Shown here: positions 36,195 through 45,617 of the stretch, piece after piece | Numbering within the stretch: the first letter of the stretch is position 1 | Layout of the letters: the number at the start of each line of letters is the position of its first letter | Assembly: GCA_038204425.1 (NCBI GenBank) | Contig: JBBRCZ010000002.1 | Span: forward strand, 96,001 to 160,000 | DNA length: 64,000 bases | Direction: 5' to 3' | Source: Spirochaetia bacterium | Lineage (GTDB): Bacteria > Spirochaetota > Spirochaetia > DSM-27196 > Salinispiraceae | Translations under genes and position numbers: made by a program | The notes under the pieces: model-generated | Told to the model about the DNA's origin: nothing | Database searches by the model: none | Seen by the model: the letters and a program-made list of their open reading frames with translations, nothing else

Positions 36195-37172
36195 TTATTT
36201 GAGGTTGATAAACCCGCCAAAAATCCAGCCATTTTCTTCCTGGCTAAAGTACCAGTAGTCGCTTACACCTTCTACGGTGTATTGCTGATTGGTTCGTTTT
36301 TCAATTACCAGATATTGACTATCAGATAGTGTCGAAACTACCTTTCCATTGACTTCGTCAGGTAGGTCTCGCACGTTGACATTGTCACTATTGATGTTGC
36401 CGGTGGCGCTAAAGTCGGCAAAGCTTCTCTCGGTACTTGCGTCAGTGCTAACAGACTTGCCGTCGAGCTTGTCAATTGCGGCTTGAATCAGGTCGGTAAA
36501 GCGGCGACCACTTTCCAAAGCACTGCTTAGTAGTTCCCGCTTATTGACAGGGTTGGTCTGCGTAAGAGCAATAGAGTAAAGCTGTAGCGATCGCACTTCG
36601 TCAGTCTCGGTGCTTACTTGGGTGTTTTTGACATAGAGCCTTTGAATTACTGGCAGAGCCTTGTCGTTAGGCAAGTAGGCTGAGATTTGTGAGAAGACTC
36701 CCGTGGAACCGGCAGGGTGGACGGCGATCAAGGTGTTCTCAGGAAGGACCTTTCCTGCTGGACTGGCAAGGTCAGCCTTGCGATAGAGCACCGTGTCACT
36801 TCCAAGAATTATGCCTGGGACTGCTTTGTCTGCTACAAAAACATCTTGAATCCAATAGCTCTTTCCATCGCTGCTAACTATCTTGGCAAAATTGCGCTCT
36901 TTACCATCGCTTGCCCTGGTTGCAATCTTGGTCTCATTCAGCCATTGGACATTCTCTGCGATAGCTGCCTTGCTTGAGTAAACCATCTCATCGTCTTTCT
37001 CGACGTAAATGGCCGCATCCTGAAACAAAATTACAGCATTCTGGTTGGTATCACTTGCAGGCTGTGAGGCACTAATTCCCGAAGCATTGTTTTGTTCTTT
37101 TCCGCATGCAACGGCGAGTAAGCAAACCGTAGCAATAGTAATTGCAAGAAGCATTTTTGACCCTAATTTCAT
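36195..37172 (-). CDS. Lipoprotein with C-terminal SH3b-like domain
   Basis: LLAVAC lipobox-like; NVNVRDLP...DYWY...GWIFGGFI. Confidence 0.75.
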   Translation of the reverse strand: MKLGSKMLLAITIATVCLLAVACGKEQNNASGISASQPASDTNQNAVILFQDAAIYVEKDDEMVYSSKAAIAENVQWLNETKIATRASDGKERNFAKIVSSDGKSYWIQDVFVADKAVPGIILGSDTVLYRKADLASPAGKVLPENTLIAVHPAGSTGVFSQISAYLPNDKALPVIQRLYVKNTQVSTETDEVRSLQLYSIALTQTNPVNKRELLSSALESGRRFTDLIQAAIDKLDGKSVSTDASTERSFADFSATGNINSDNVNVRDLPDEVNGKVVSTLSDSQYLVIEKRTNQQYTVEGVSDYWYFSQEENGWIFGGFINLK

Positions 37173-37346
37173 CGGAATCTCCTAAAGGTTGGATATTTCT
37201 ATCTTATCGCGAGAATCCAAAAATTGGAATCTCATGGTTCAGCAATAGTCTAAGCCTAGAGTGCAAATAATTCCACTAAGTCTTATAAAAAATACTTGAC
37301 AGGCACGGTTCGTCAGCTCACTATCTGCACTAAGGAGTGTCTTCAT

Positions 37347-37736
37347 ATGAGTGATCAAATAACAAAAAACGGTGGTTCAAGTGGTCTGGAAGAAAATGTA
37401 GCGAGTGCATTGTCTTACGTATTTGGTTTTGTGACCGGTTTGATCTTTTTGGCAATAGAAAAGAACAATCAAACCGTCAGGTTTCACGCTACCCAAAGCA
37501 TTATAGTCTCAGTAGTTTTAATTGTCCTTAGTATCGTTTTGAGCATCGTTGGGATAATTTTGGCCTTTGTTCCTTATGTTGGATGGGCAATCGCGACCGT
37601 CTTAAGTCTGGTTGTGAGTTTGGGAAGCCTGGCGGTTATAGTGATACTTATTGTCTTTGCTGCACTTAACAAACGAGTAGAAATCCCGGTAATTAGCAAG
37701 TTGGCAGAAAAATACTCAAAGACTTTACTGGCCTAA
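37347..37736 (+). CDS. DUF4870-like membrane protein
   Basis: SGLEENVASALSY, IEK...VRFHATQS motifs; SD TAAGGAG. Confidence 0.75.
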   Translation: MSDQITKNGGSSGLEENVASALSYVFGFVTGLIFLAIEKNNQTVRFHATQSIIVSVVLIVLSIVLSIVGIILAFVPYVGWAIATVLSLVVSLGSLAVIVILIVFAALNKRVEIPVISKLAEKYSKTLLA

Positions 37737-37760
37737 AAAACCAACTGCCCAGCACGCCAA

Positions 37761-38411
37761 TCATACAAACCCAAACAAAGTGATAAACAAATCACTGATA
37801 GCCATGATAATTGGCCTAATAGGAAGGATTTCGACTTTAAACTGCATTTGCACAAAGACTATGATCAGCAGCGCTACGGTACCGTAACGGTACAGCTTGA
37901 TCATCAGCTCTGGATTAATGCTTCCTACAAAAGTTAGGTAGAGGTGAGAGCCGTCAAGTGGTGGTATTGGAATTAGGTTAAATACACATAGGCCGAGGTT
38001 GAGGATTGCACTGGAAATTATAATATTGATAGCGTCAATGCCGGCTACAGAGGTGTTGACCGCCTCAATCCCGTAGAGGATGCGTGCCAATCCAAAAAGC
38101 AAGAAGGCAAGTAGAAGGTTGGAGGCTGGGCCCGCCAATGAAATGAGTATTTCGTCGCGGTGAATTTTTTTGAGATTTCTCGGATCAAACTGGACAGGTT
38201 TGGCCCAACCAAAGCCCGCAACTACTATCAAAATAAAGCCAAGTGGATCGATGTGCTTGAGTGGGTTGAGGCTAAGTCTGCCCGCATCCTTGGCGGTATG
38301 GTCTCCAAGTCTGTAGGCCATCCAAGCGTGCGCAAATTCATGAAAGGTTAAGCCAACTATAATGGCCGGCAGAGTCCGTAGCATAGATAGTAGATCAAAT
38401 CCGCGCATCAT
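37761..38411 (-). CDS. Site-2 protease family (peptidase M50)
   Basis: HEFAH, GRLSLNPLKHID, FGWAKPV, NLIPIPPLDG motifs. Confidence 0.92.
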   Translation of the reverse strand: MMRGFDLLSMLRTLPAIIVGLTFHEFAHAWMAYRLGDHTAKDAGRLSLNPLKHIDPLGFILIVVAGFGWAKPVQFDPRNLKKIHRDEILISLAGPASNLLLAFLLFGLARILYGIEAVNTSVAGIDAINIIISSAILNLGLCVFNLIPIPPLDGSHLYLTFVGSINPELMIKLYRYGTVALLIIVFVQMQFKVEILPIRPIIMAISDLFITLFGFV

Positions 38412-38534
38412 AGTCTCCCTTTTTAGTAAGTTATAGTACGATGAGCTTTAACAACAATCAAGCTGGACAAACCAACATGGCAAGGCAAGGTCCAAAGTCA
38501 ACTGGGATTTTTTAGCCTTGCTGAGGCTGTTTTC

Positions 38535-38563
38535 TTGACATGGATGGCATGCTCTGATATGGT
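38535..38563 (+). promoter_or_regulatory. sigma70 promoter of the tRNA-secE-nusG operon
   Basis: TTGACA-N17-TATGGT with an extended -10 TG. Confidence 0.75.
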
Positions 38564-38579
38564 AAGCAAACTTTTGCGT

Positions 38580-38652
38580 GCCCTTGTAGCTCAGTTGGTA
38601 GAGCACCACCATGGTAAGGTGGGGGTCGCCGGTTCAAATCCGGCCGAGGGCT
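38580..38652 (+). tRNA. tRNA-Thr(GGT)
   Basis: Cloverleaf: acceptor GCCCTTG/CGAGGGC, anticodon stem CCACC/GGTGG, GGTTCAAATCC; CCA not encoded. Confidence 0.95.
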
Positions 38653-38667
38653 CACTTAAGATACCAT

Positions 38668-38740
38668 AGGCCAATAGCTCAATTGGTAGAGCATCGGTCT
38701 CCAAAACCGAGGGTTGAGGGTTCAATTCCTTCTTGGCCTG
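38668..38740 (+). tRNA. tRNA-Trp(CCA)
   Basis: Cloverleaf: acceptor AGGCCAA/TTGGCCT, loop CTCCAAA, GGTTCAATTCC; CCA not encoded. Confidence 0.95.
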
Positions 38741-38825
38741 TCAATTGAGACGAAGTGCAAAACGCCCCGACAAACGGGGTGTTTTTGTAATTACAACGCA
38801 TTATGATGCTGGGGGTACAGAACAT

Positions 38826-39005
38826 ATGTCCAAGGTAGTGGATTTTTTTAAGGATAGTTATTCTGAACTGAGGAAGGTTATTTGGCCTTCTCGTGACGAA
38901 GTAATTGCCAGCACCAAAGTTGTTATCATTTCTATGGTGATTATTGCAGCCATACTTGGCGCAGTCGACCTCGGTCTGGCTGCTCTGATTAATATTTTCT
39001 TTTAG
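38826..39005 (+). CDS. secE: Preprotein translocase subunit SecE
   Basis: ELRKVIWPSR motif plus one TM; lies between tRNA-Trp and nusG. Confidence 0.93.
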   Translation: MSKVVDFFKDSYSELRKVIWPSRDEVIASTKVVIISMVIIAAILGAVDLGLAALINIFF

Positions 39006-39019
39006 GGATCGGAGCAAGC

Positions 39020-39571
39020 ATGGCACGTGCATGGTATGTTTTACATACTTATTCGGGTTACGAGATGCGTATCGAAAAAACTATTCATCTAATGATGGAT
39101 GATGGTTCGCTTGGTGGAGCAGTTCTTGATGTAAAGGTTCCATCTGAACGGGTGGCCGAGGTCAAGGATGGCAAACGCAAAGAAAGAACCCAGCGGGTTT
39201 TGCCAGGGTACATCTTGATTGAGATGGATCTGCCATTGGCATGGAAAGACCCTTGTACCAAAGTGAGAAAGATTCATGGCGTGACCGGTTTTGTTGGTTC
39301 GGCACAGGATTCTCGTCCAAACCCGATCAGTGCTGAAGAAGCCAGGGGTTTGCTGCAGCGCATGGGAGAGATCAAAGGTGACGCGGCAGTTAGACCAAAG
39401 CAAAGTTATGTGCTCAATGAGCAGGTTTGCATCATTGAAGGTCCTTTTGCAGGATTTAATGGTACTGTTGAAGAAGTGTATGCCGATAAGTCGCGGCTAA
39501 AAGTTATGGTAGGGATATTTGGCCGCAACACTCCGGTTGAGGTTGAGTTTCTGCAAGTGGAAAAAGTTTAG
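39020..39571 (+). CDS. nusG: Transcription termination/antitermination factor NusG
   Basis: WYVLHTYSGYE, PGYILIEM, GPFAGFNG, IFGRNTPVE motifs. Confidence 0.97.
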   Translation: MARAWYVLHTYSGYEMRIEKTIHLMMDDGSLGGAVLDVKVPSERVAEVKDGKRKERTQRVLPGYILIEMDLPLAWKDPCTKVRKIHGVTGFVGSAQDSRPNPISAEEARGLLQRMGEIKGDAAVRPKQSYVLNEQVCIIEGPFAGFNGTVEEVYADKSRLKVMVGIFGRNTPVEVEFLQVEKV

Positions 39572-39650
39572 AAAACGATTAGAGAGTGATAATGTTCAGG
39601 TACTAACCGACGACTTACTCGTTAAGTCAATGTCGGCAGGTATCCTTAAC

Positions 39651-39702
39651 TGGGAGTTCCGGAACACTTGGCCAATGGCTTGGTCTAGGCCGGAACGCTA
39701 CC
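39651..39702 (+). promoter_or_regulatory. Candidate L1-binding autoregulatory leader of rplK-rplA
   Basis: GGGAG-TTCCGG...CCGGAA-CGCTACC stem upstream of rplK. Confidence 0.5.
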
Positions 39703-39775
39703 GTGCCGGGTCGTTGACCACAAAGCACGGCATGGGCGCCTTTTGGCGGCCATGACACCATACAGGAGCCCGTAC

Positions 39776-40207
39776 ATGGCCAAAAAAAAGATAGTAGCCA
39801 TAGTTAAGTTGCAAGTGCCCGCCCAAAAAGCGACACCTGCACCCCCGGTTGGACCCGCACTGGGACCACACGGAGTCAGCTCCCCGATGTTCGTGCAGCA
39901 GTTTAATGAGCGTTCCAAGCATTTGGAAGCCGGACTCACAATACCTGTTGTAATAACAATTTATGCCGACAAGAGTTTTACGTTTGAACTCAAAAGCCCT
40001 CCGGCTTCAGTTCTTATCAAAAAATATCTTGGTTTGGCCAAGGGATCTGCCATTGCCCACAAGGTCAAGGTAGGCAAGATTAGTCGCGCTCAATTGGAAG
40101 AGATAGCTAAGATCAAGATCAAAGATCTTAACTCCAATGACATTGAGGGTGCGGTTCGCATCATTGCCGGCACTGCCCGTTCTATGGGCGTGGAAGCGGA
40201 GCTTTAG
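39776..40207 (+). CDS. rplK: 50S ribosomal protein L11
   Basis: [19 protein letters not shown] motifs. Confidence 0.97.
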   Translation: MAKKKIVAIVKLQVPAQKATPAPPVGPALGPHGVSSPMFVQQFNERSKHLEAGLTIPVVITIYADKSFTFELKSPPASVLIKKYLGLAKGSAIAHKVKVGKISRAQLEEIAKIKIKDLNSNDIEGAVRIIAGTARSMGVEAEL

Positions 40208-40209
40208 AC

Positions 40210-40893
40210 ATGAAGCGTGGAAAAAAATACGTAAACGCGGTCAAAGATTATGACCGAAGCAAGTCCTATACTGCCGTTGAGGCAGCCGAACTGGTAAAAA
40301 AATTCGCCTATGCCAAGTTTGATGAAACAGTTGAGTTGTCACTCAATCTCAATCTCAAAAAGGGTAACTCGGTTCGCGATACCTTGGTGCTTGCCCACCA
40401 GTTCCGTGGTGAGAAAAAGATCTTGGTTTTTGCAAAGGGTGATAAGGCCGACGAAGCCCGTGCCGCTGGTGCTGCTTTTGTTGGTGATGATGACTTGATT
40501 GCTAAAATCAAAGATGGCTGGTTGGACTTTGACGTCGCAGTTGCAACTCCTGATATGATGAAGGATGTGGGTAAGCTCGGTCAGGTCTTGGGTCGGCGCG
40601 GTTTGATGCCAAACCCAAAGACTCAGACGGTTACCTTGGATATCACGGGCGCTGTTAACGAACTCAAAAAGGGTCGAACAGAGTTTCGCAGTGACAAAAC
40701 TGGCTGTATTCACTTGGCAGTTGGCAAGGTCTCAATGAGTCCAGATCAGATTAAAGAAAACGTAGGTATCGTCGTTGGCGAGGTAGAACGTAAGCGTCCT
40801 TCCGACACCAAGGGTGATTTTATCAAAACTGCATTTATCGCTTCTACCATGGGCCCTGGCATTAAGCTGGCGCGCGATAGTGAAAAGGTCTAA
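40210..40893 (+). CDS. rplA: 50S ribosomal protein L1
   Basis: KFDETVE, ATPDMM, GLMPNPK, STMGPG motifs. Confidence 0.97.
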   Translation: MKRGKKYVNAVKDYDRSKSYTAVEAAELVKKFAYAKFDETVELSLNLNLKKGNSVRDTLVLAHQFRGEKKILVFAKGDKADEARAAGAAFVGDDDLIAKIKDGWLDFDVAVATPDMMKDVGKLGQVLGRRGLMPNPKTQTVTLDITGAVNELKKGRTEFRSDKTGCIHLAVGKVSMSPDQIKENVGIVVGEVERKRPSDTKGDFIKTAFIASTMGPGIKLARDSEKV

Positions 40894-40907
40894 AGAGGTC
40901 AATTAGT

Positions 40908-41447
40908 ATGGCATATCAACCAAAAATTAACCAAGCCAAGACTGAGGCAGTTGAAGACATAAAGGGTATTCTCGGCAATGCCGAAGATTTCTTCTTTACC
41001 AACTACCGAGGCCTTTCAGTGGCTCAAATTACTACCTTGCGCCATCGTCTACGTGAGCTTGGTGCTGACTATCATGTGGTCAAGAACAACTACGCCAACC
41101 TTGCTTTTCAACAGCTTGGCAAAAAAGACGTTAGTGACTTGCTGGCGGGGCCAACTGCAGTAGCAGTAGCTCGTCGCGACTCAGGCGCCGTTGCCAAAGC
41201 CTTGGTAGAACTTATTAAGGAACTGGGCGACAAGCTCGAAGTCAAGGGCGGTCTGGTTGGAGAGAGTGTTTTTGATGCAAATCAAGTAAATGCTTATTCC
41301 AAGTTACCAAGCAGACTCGAGCTCTACGCAATTTTGTTGGGTACCATGAAGGCGCCTGTACAAAACTTGGCAATTGCTCTCAATGGAGTAGCAAGCAAGT
41401 TGGTTAGGACTCTGCAAGCTGTAGCCGACCAAAAGGCCAGCGAATAA
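40908..41447 (+). CDS. rplJ: 50S ribosomal protein L10
   Basis: YRGLSV, VVKN, GPTA, LPSR motifs and synteny. Confidence 0.95.
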   Translation: MAYQPKINQAKTEAVEDIKGILGNAEDFFFTNYRGLSVAQITTLRHRLRELGADYHVVKNNYANLAFQQLGKKDVSDLLAGPTAVAVARRDSGAVAKALVELIKELGDKLEVKGGLVGESVFDANQVNAYSKLPSRLELYAILLGTMKAPVQNLAIALNGVASKLVRTLQAVADQKASE

Positions 41448-41568
41448 TTACGCATACCTTTCCGATCCACGTTGTGGCAATCGGGCTAGTATAAAAAAGT
41501 GGCTTCAGTCTTCCGCAAGGAAGTGCCGTGCTGTCGCTGCTAATGTTTAAAGAAAAGGAGAAGATAAT

Positions 41569-41949
41569 ATGGCACTTAGCAAAGAGGACATCCTCAACGC
41601 AATCGCTGGATTGACCGTGCTCGAAGTGAGCGAACTGGTCAAGATGTTGGAAGAAAAATTTGGGGTAACTGCTGCTGCGCCTGTTGCCGCCGCTGCTGCT
41701 GCTGCACCCGCTGCCGCTGCCGAAGCTGTTGAAGAACAGACCGAATTTACCGTAAAGATCGCCAGCGCTGGTGAAAAGAAGATCGATGTAATCAAGGCTG
41801 TACGTACAGTTGTTGCAGGTCTTGGTCTCAAAGAAGCAAAAGATTTGGTCGAAGCCAACGGCGTCGTCAAAGAAAACGTTTCCAAGGACGAAGCTGCCAA
41901 GATCAAAAAAGCTCTTGAAGATGCAGGCGCAAAAGTCGAAGTCAAGTAA
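41569..41949 (+). CDS. rplL: 50S ribosomal protein L7/L12
   Basis: [23 protein letters not shown] motifs. Confidence 0.97.
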   Translation: MALSKEDILNAIAGLTVLEVSELVKMLEEKFGVTAAAPVAAAAAAAPAAAAEAVEEQTEFTVKIASAGEKKIDVIKAVRTVVAGLGLKEAKDLVEANGVVKENVSKDEAAKIKKALEDAGAKVEVK

Positions 41950-41994
41950 TACGTGTTTTTGTATCGCGGCTCGGCAATCGAAAGATGATACTCA

Positions 41995-42030
41995 CCACAA
42001 GCCCGTGTTAGTTCACGGGCTTGTGGTTTT
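41995..42030 (+). terminator. Terminator/attenuator hairpin between rplL and rpoB
   Basis: CCACAAGCCCGTG-TTAGTT-CACGGGCTTGTGG-TTTT. Confidence 0.7.
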
Positions 42031-42108
42031 GCAGTAACTTTCGTTATATTCAGATATTGTAATACACGGAAGTGATAATTTCGTGTCCTTTCATCCTCGG
42101 AGGGGTTA

Positions 42109-45100
42109 ATGTTCGACAGAAGTATAGTGGTCAATAGACAGGAAGTAGGGCGTGCCCCAAGGCAGGTCATGGATCTTCCAAATCTCGTAGATATCCAGCT
42201 GACCAGTTATGAGCGCTTTCTGCAGCGCGAACGTCTCGCTCAGGGACAGAAGCCTGATTTACAAGGTCTCGAAGAAGTATTTCGTACGATTTTCCCAATA
42301 GAAAGTCAAAATGGTGATATGCGTCTTGAATACGATCATTACACGCTCGACGAAGCCGGTATAAAGTTTACCGAGTTGGAGTGTAAGTCAAAAGGGCACA
42401 CCTTTGCCTTGCCCATTAAGGCAAGAATTCGTTTGGTTTTTAACGAAACTGGCGAAATAAGGCAGAAAGACATCTATATTGGCGATATTCCAATCATGAC
42501 TGAGCGCGGTACCTTTGTAGTCAATGGTGCTGAACGAGTTGTGGTATCGCAAATTCACCGTTCACCTGGTGTAATTTTTAGCCACGAAAAAGGCATTTAC
42601 TCCTCACGCATCATTCCGTACCGAGGAAGCTGGCTTGAGTTTGAGATCGATCAGAAAAAAGATTTGATTTATGCAAAAATAGACCGCAAAAAGCGAATTT
42701 TGGGAACTTATTTCCTACGAGCGCTTGGATATAACACACGCGAAGAAATTATAAAACTATTCTATAAAACAGCAAAACTAACCCTATCTAACGATCAGCT
42801 CGCCAAGGACAATGCCAATGGACTGGTTTTGGCAGAGCCCGTTTGGATAGGCGAGGGTGAAAGCCGCCGCAAGCTCTATCGAGCAGGTGAGAAGTTGCAT
42901 CCTCATTATATTGACGACATGATTCACTCTGGAGTAACGGTAGTTACCGTTGTAGAAGAAGACAATGAGTCGAGTCTGCATTCCGAAATCATCCTTAACT
43001 GTTTTGAACGCGAAGAAGCTAAATTTGTTAAAGAAGAAGGCAAGGACGAGCCGTCGCACGAAGACGCCTTGGTTCAGGTCTATCAGGTTCTCAATCCTGG
43101 CGAAATGATGAGTGTTGAGCAGGCTGAGAAGGACTTTAATTCTATGTTCTTTGCCTCACGTCGCTACGATCTTGGTCGTGTCGGTAGGTACAAACTCAAC
43201 AAGAAGTTTGACTATCCGGAGCCAATCGTAGAACACATTCTAACCAAAGAAGATATCGTAAATACCATGCGTTACCTGATAAAGGTATACATTGGCGAGG
43301 CCAATGTTGATGATATTGACCACCTTGGAAATCGTAGAATTAGGTCGGTTGGTGAGCTATTGGCCAATCAAATGAAGACAGCTTTTAGCCGTATGGAACG
43401 TATTGCCAAAGAGCGCATGAGTCTAAAAGAAACCGATACTATCAAGCCGCAAGACTTGGTTTCTATTAAGCCAGTAGTGGCAGCAATCAAAGAGTTCTTT
43501 GGTTCGTCACAACTTTCGCAGTTTATGGATCAGGTTAACCCGCTGTCAGAGATCACGCATAAGCGTCGTCTCAACGCACTTGGCCCGGGTGGTTTGTCAC
43601 GTGATCGTGCCGGATTTGAAGTGCGAGACGTTCATTACACGCACTATGGCCGCATGTGTCCGATTGAAACACCAGAAGGTCCAAATATTGGTTTGATCGT
43701 TTCTTTGGCTATTTATACCCAAGTAAATGACTACGGATTTTTGGAAACACCGTATAGAAAAGTAGTTAAAGGCCAAGTCTCAGACAATATTGAGTACTTG
43801 TCAGCTATGGACGAAGAAAAATACGTTATTGCACAGGCCTCGGCCGAACTCAATAGCGATGGAACTTTTGTTTCGGGCCAAGTCCCCGTGCGCCGAGCAG
43901 GTGACTACACAACGCGACCGCCTGTTGATATTCATTACATGGACGTTTCACCTAAGCAGATCATTTCCGTTTCTTCTGCATTAATTCCTTTCTTGGAGCA
44001 CGATGACGCCAACCGAGCCTTGATGGGTTCCAACATGCAACGTCAGGCTGTGCCTTTGGTATTCCCAGAGCCACCACGAGTCGGAACCGGTATGGAAGCC
44101 AAAACAGCCTATGATTCGGGTGTTTTGATTAAGTCGCGCCGTGCAGGCGTGGTTAGCAACGTAACTAGCAACGAAGTTAGAGTAAAACCAGATGACGCCT
44201 TGTCGGATACCGAAGTTGACGTTTATCCGTTGATCAAGTATCAGCGTACTAACCAAGACACTTGTTATTTGCAGAAGCCTGTGGTTAGCCTCGGTCAAAA
44301 CCTTGCAAAGGGTGATGTTATTGCTGACGGTCCTGCTACCTACAAAGGTGAGTTGGCCTTGGGACGCAATATTTTGGTAGGATTCGTTCCTTGGAACGGT
44401 TACAACTACGAAGATGCTATTCTAATCTCCGAGAAGATCGTAAAAGAAGATATTTTTACTTCGATTCACTTAAAGGAATTTGTTACAGAAGTGCGCGAAA
44501 CCAAGCTGGGACCAGAAAAGCTTACGCGCGATATTCCAAACTGTTCCGACAAGACCCTAGAACACTTGGACGAAGAGGGCATTATCCTGATTGGTTCCAA
44601 AGTGCTATCGGGAGCAATCTTAGTAGGTAAGGTAACGCCAAAAAGCGAGACAGAAACCACGCCTGAGTTTAAGCTGCTCAATTCAATTTTTGGCGAAAAA
44701 GCCAAAGAAGTTCGTGACACATCCTTGCGTATACCACATGGTATCGAAGGTACCGTTATCGACGTGCAACGCCTTAAGCGAAGCGAGGGCGACGACTTGT
44801 CTCCCGGAGTTGATGAAGTAGTTAAAGTTATTATTGCCACCAAACGAAAGCTTCAAGAAGGTGACAAGATGGCAGGTCGTCACGGAAACAAGGGTATTAT
44901 TGCTCGCGTTTTGCCCGAAGAAGACATGCCCTACATGGCCGACGGAACTCCTCTGGAACTGTGTCTCAATCCACTCGGTGTTCCATCGCGAATGAACATT
45001 GGGCAGCTTTTGGAAACCATGCTTGGTTGGGCTGCTCTCGGTAACGACGAATGGTATGCAACACCTGTTTTTGAATCTGCAACTGGTCAACAGATCGAAG

Positions 45101-45606
45101 ATCTTTTGCACAAGGCAGGCAGACCAGCAAGTTCTAAGATTAAGTTGTTCGACGGAAGAACCGGCGAACCTTTTGAAAATGACGTTATGGTCGGTGTAAT
45201 GTATATGCTTAAACTTCATCACCTTGTCGACGACAAGATGCATGCTCGTTCGACTGGACCTTATAGTCTTGTCACCCAGCAACCATTGGGTGGTAAGGCA
45301 CAGTTTGGTGGACAGCGTTTGGGAGAAATGGAAGTTTGGGCATTGGAAGCTTATGGTGCTGCCAATACACTGCAAGAACTCCTAACGATTAAATCCGATG
45401 ATATGAACGGTCGTGCCAAGATTTACGAAAGTATAGTCAAGGGTGAGCCGTCAACAGCAGCTGGCGTACCAGAGTCTTTTAATGTTTTGGTGCAAGAGTT
45501 GCGGGGACTTGGTTTGGATATGTCCATATATGACAGCAAAGGCAAGCAGATTCCACTCACCGAGCGTGACGAGGAACTGATTAACCGCCAAGGCACAAAC
45601 TTCTAA
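42109..45606 (+). CDS. rpoB: RNA polymerase subunit beta
   Basis: [45 protein letters not shown] motifs. Confidence 0.99.
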   Translation: MFDRSIVVNRQEVGRAPRQVMDLPNLVDIQLTSYERFLQRERLAQGQKPDLQGLEEVFRTIFPIESQNGDMRLEYDHYTLDEAGIKFTELECKSKGHTFALPIKARIRLVFNETGEIRQKDIYIGDIPIMTERGTFVVNGAERVVVSQIHRSPGVIFSHEKGIYSSRIIPYRGSWLEFEIDQKKDLIYAKIDRKKRILGTYFLRALGYNTREEIIKLFYKTAKLTLSNDQLAKDNANGLVLAEPVWIGEGESRRKLYRAGEKLHPHYIDDMIHSGVTVVTVVEEDNESSLHSEIILNCFEREEAKFVKEEGKDEPSHEDALVQVYQVLNPGEMMSVEQAEKDFNSMFFASRRYDLGRVGRYKLNKKFDYPEPIVEHILTKEDIVNTMRYLIKVYIGEANVDDIDHLGNRRIRSVGELLANQMKTAFSRMERIAKERMSLKETDTIKPQDLVSIKPVVAAIKEFFGSSQLSQFMDQVNPLSEITHKRRLNALGPGGLSRDRAGFEVRDVHYTHYGRMCPIETPEGPNIGLIVSLAIYTQVNDYGFLETPYRKVVKGQVSDNIEYLSAMDEEKYVIAQASAELNSDGTFVSGQVPVRRAGDYTTRPPVDIHYMDVSPKQIISVSSALIPFLEHDDANRALMGSNMQRQAVPLVFPEPPRVGTGMEAKTAYDSGVLIKSRRAGVVSNVTSNEVRVKPDDALSDTEVDVYPLIKYQRTNQDTCYLQKPVVSLGQNLAKGDVIADGPATYKGELALGRNILVGFVPWNGYNYEDAILISEKIVKEDIFTSIHLKEFVTEVRETKLGPEKLTRDIPNCSDKTLEHLDEEGIILIGSKVLSGAILVGKVTPKSETETTPEFKLLNSIFGEKAKEVRDTSLRIPHGIEGTVIDVQRLKRSEGDDLSPGVDEVVKVIIATKRKLQEGDKMAGRHGNKGIIARVLPEEDMPYMADGTPLELCLNPLGVPSRMNIGQLLETMLGWAALGNDEWYATPVFESATGQQIEDLLHKAGRPASSKIKLFDGRTGEPFENDVMVGVMYMLKLHHLVDDKMHARSTGPYSLVTQQPLGGKAQFGGQRLGEMEVWALEAYGAANTLQELLTIKSDDMNGRAKIYESIVKGEPSTAAGVPESFNVLVQELRGLGLDMSIYDSKGKQIPLTERDEELINRQGTNF

Positions 45607-45617
45607 CAGGAGGCACG

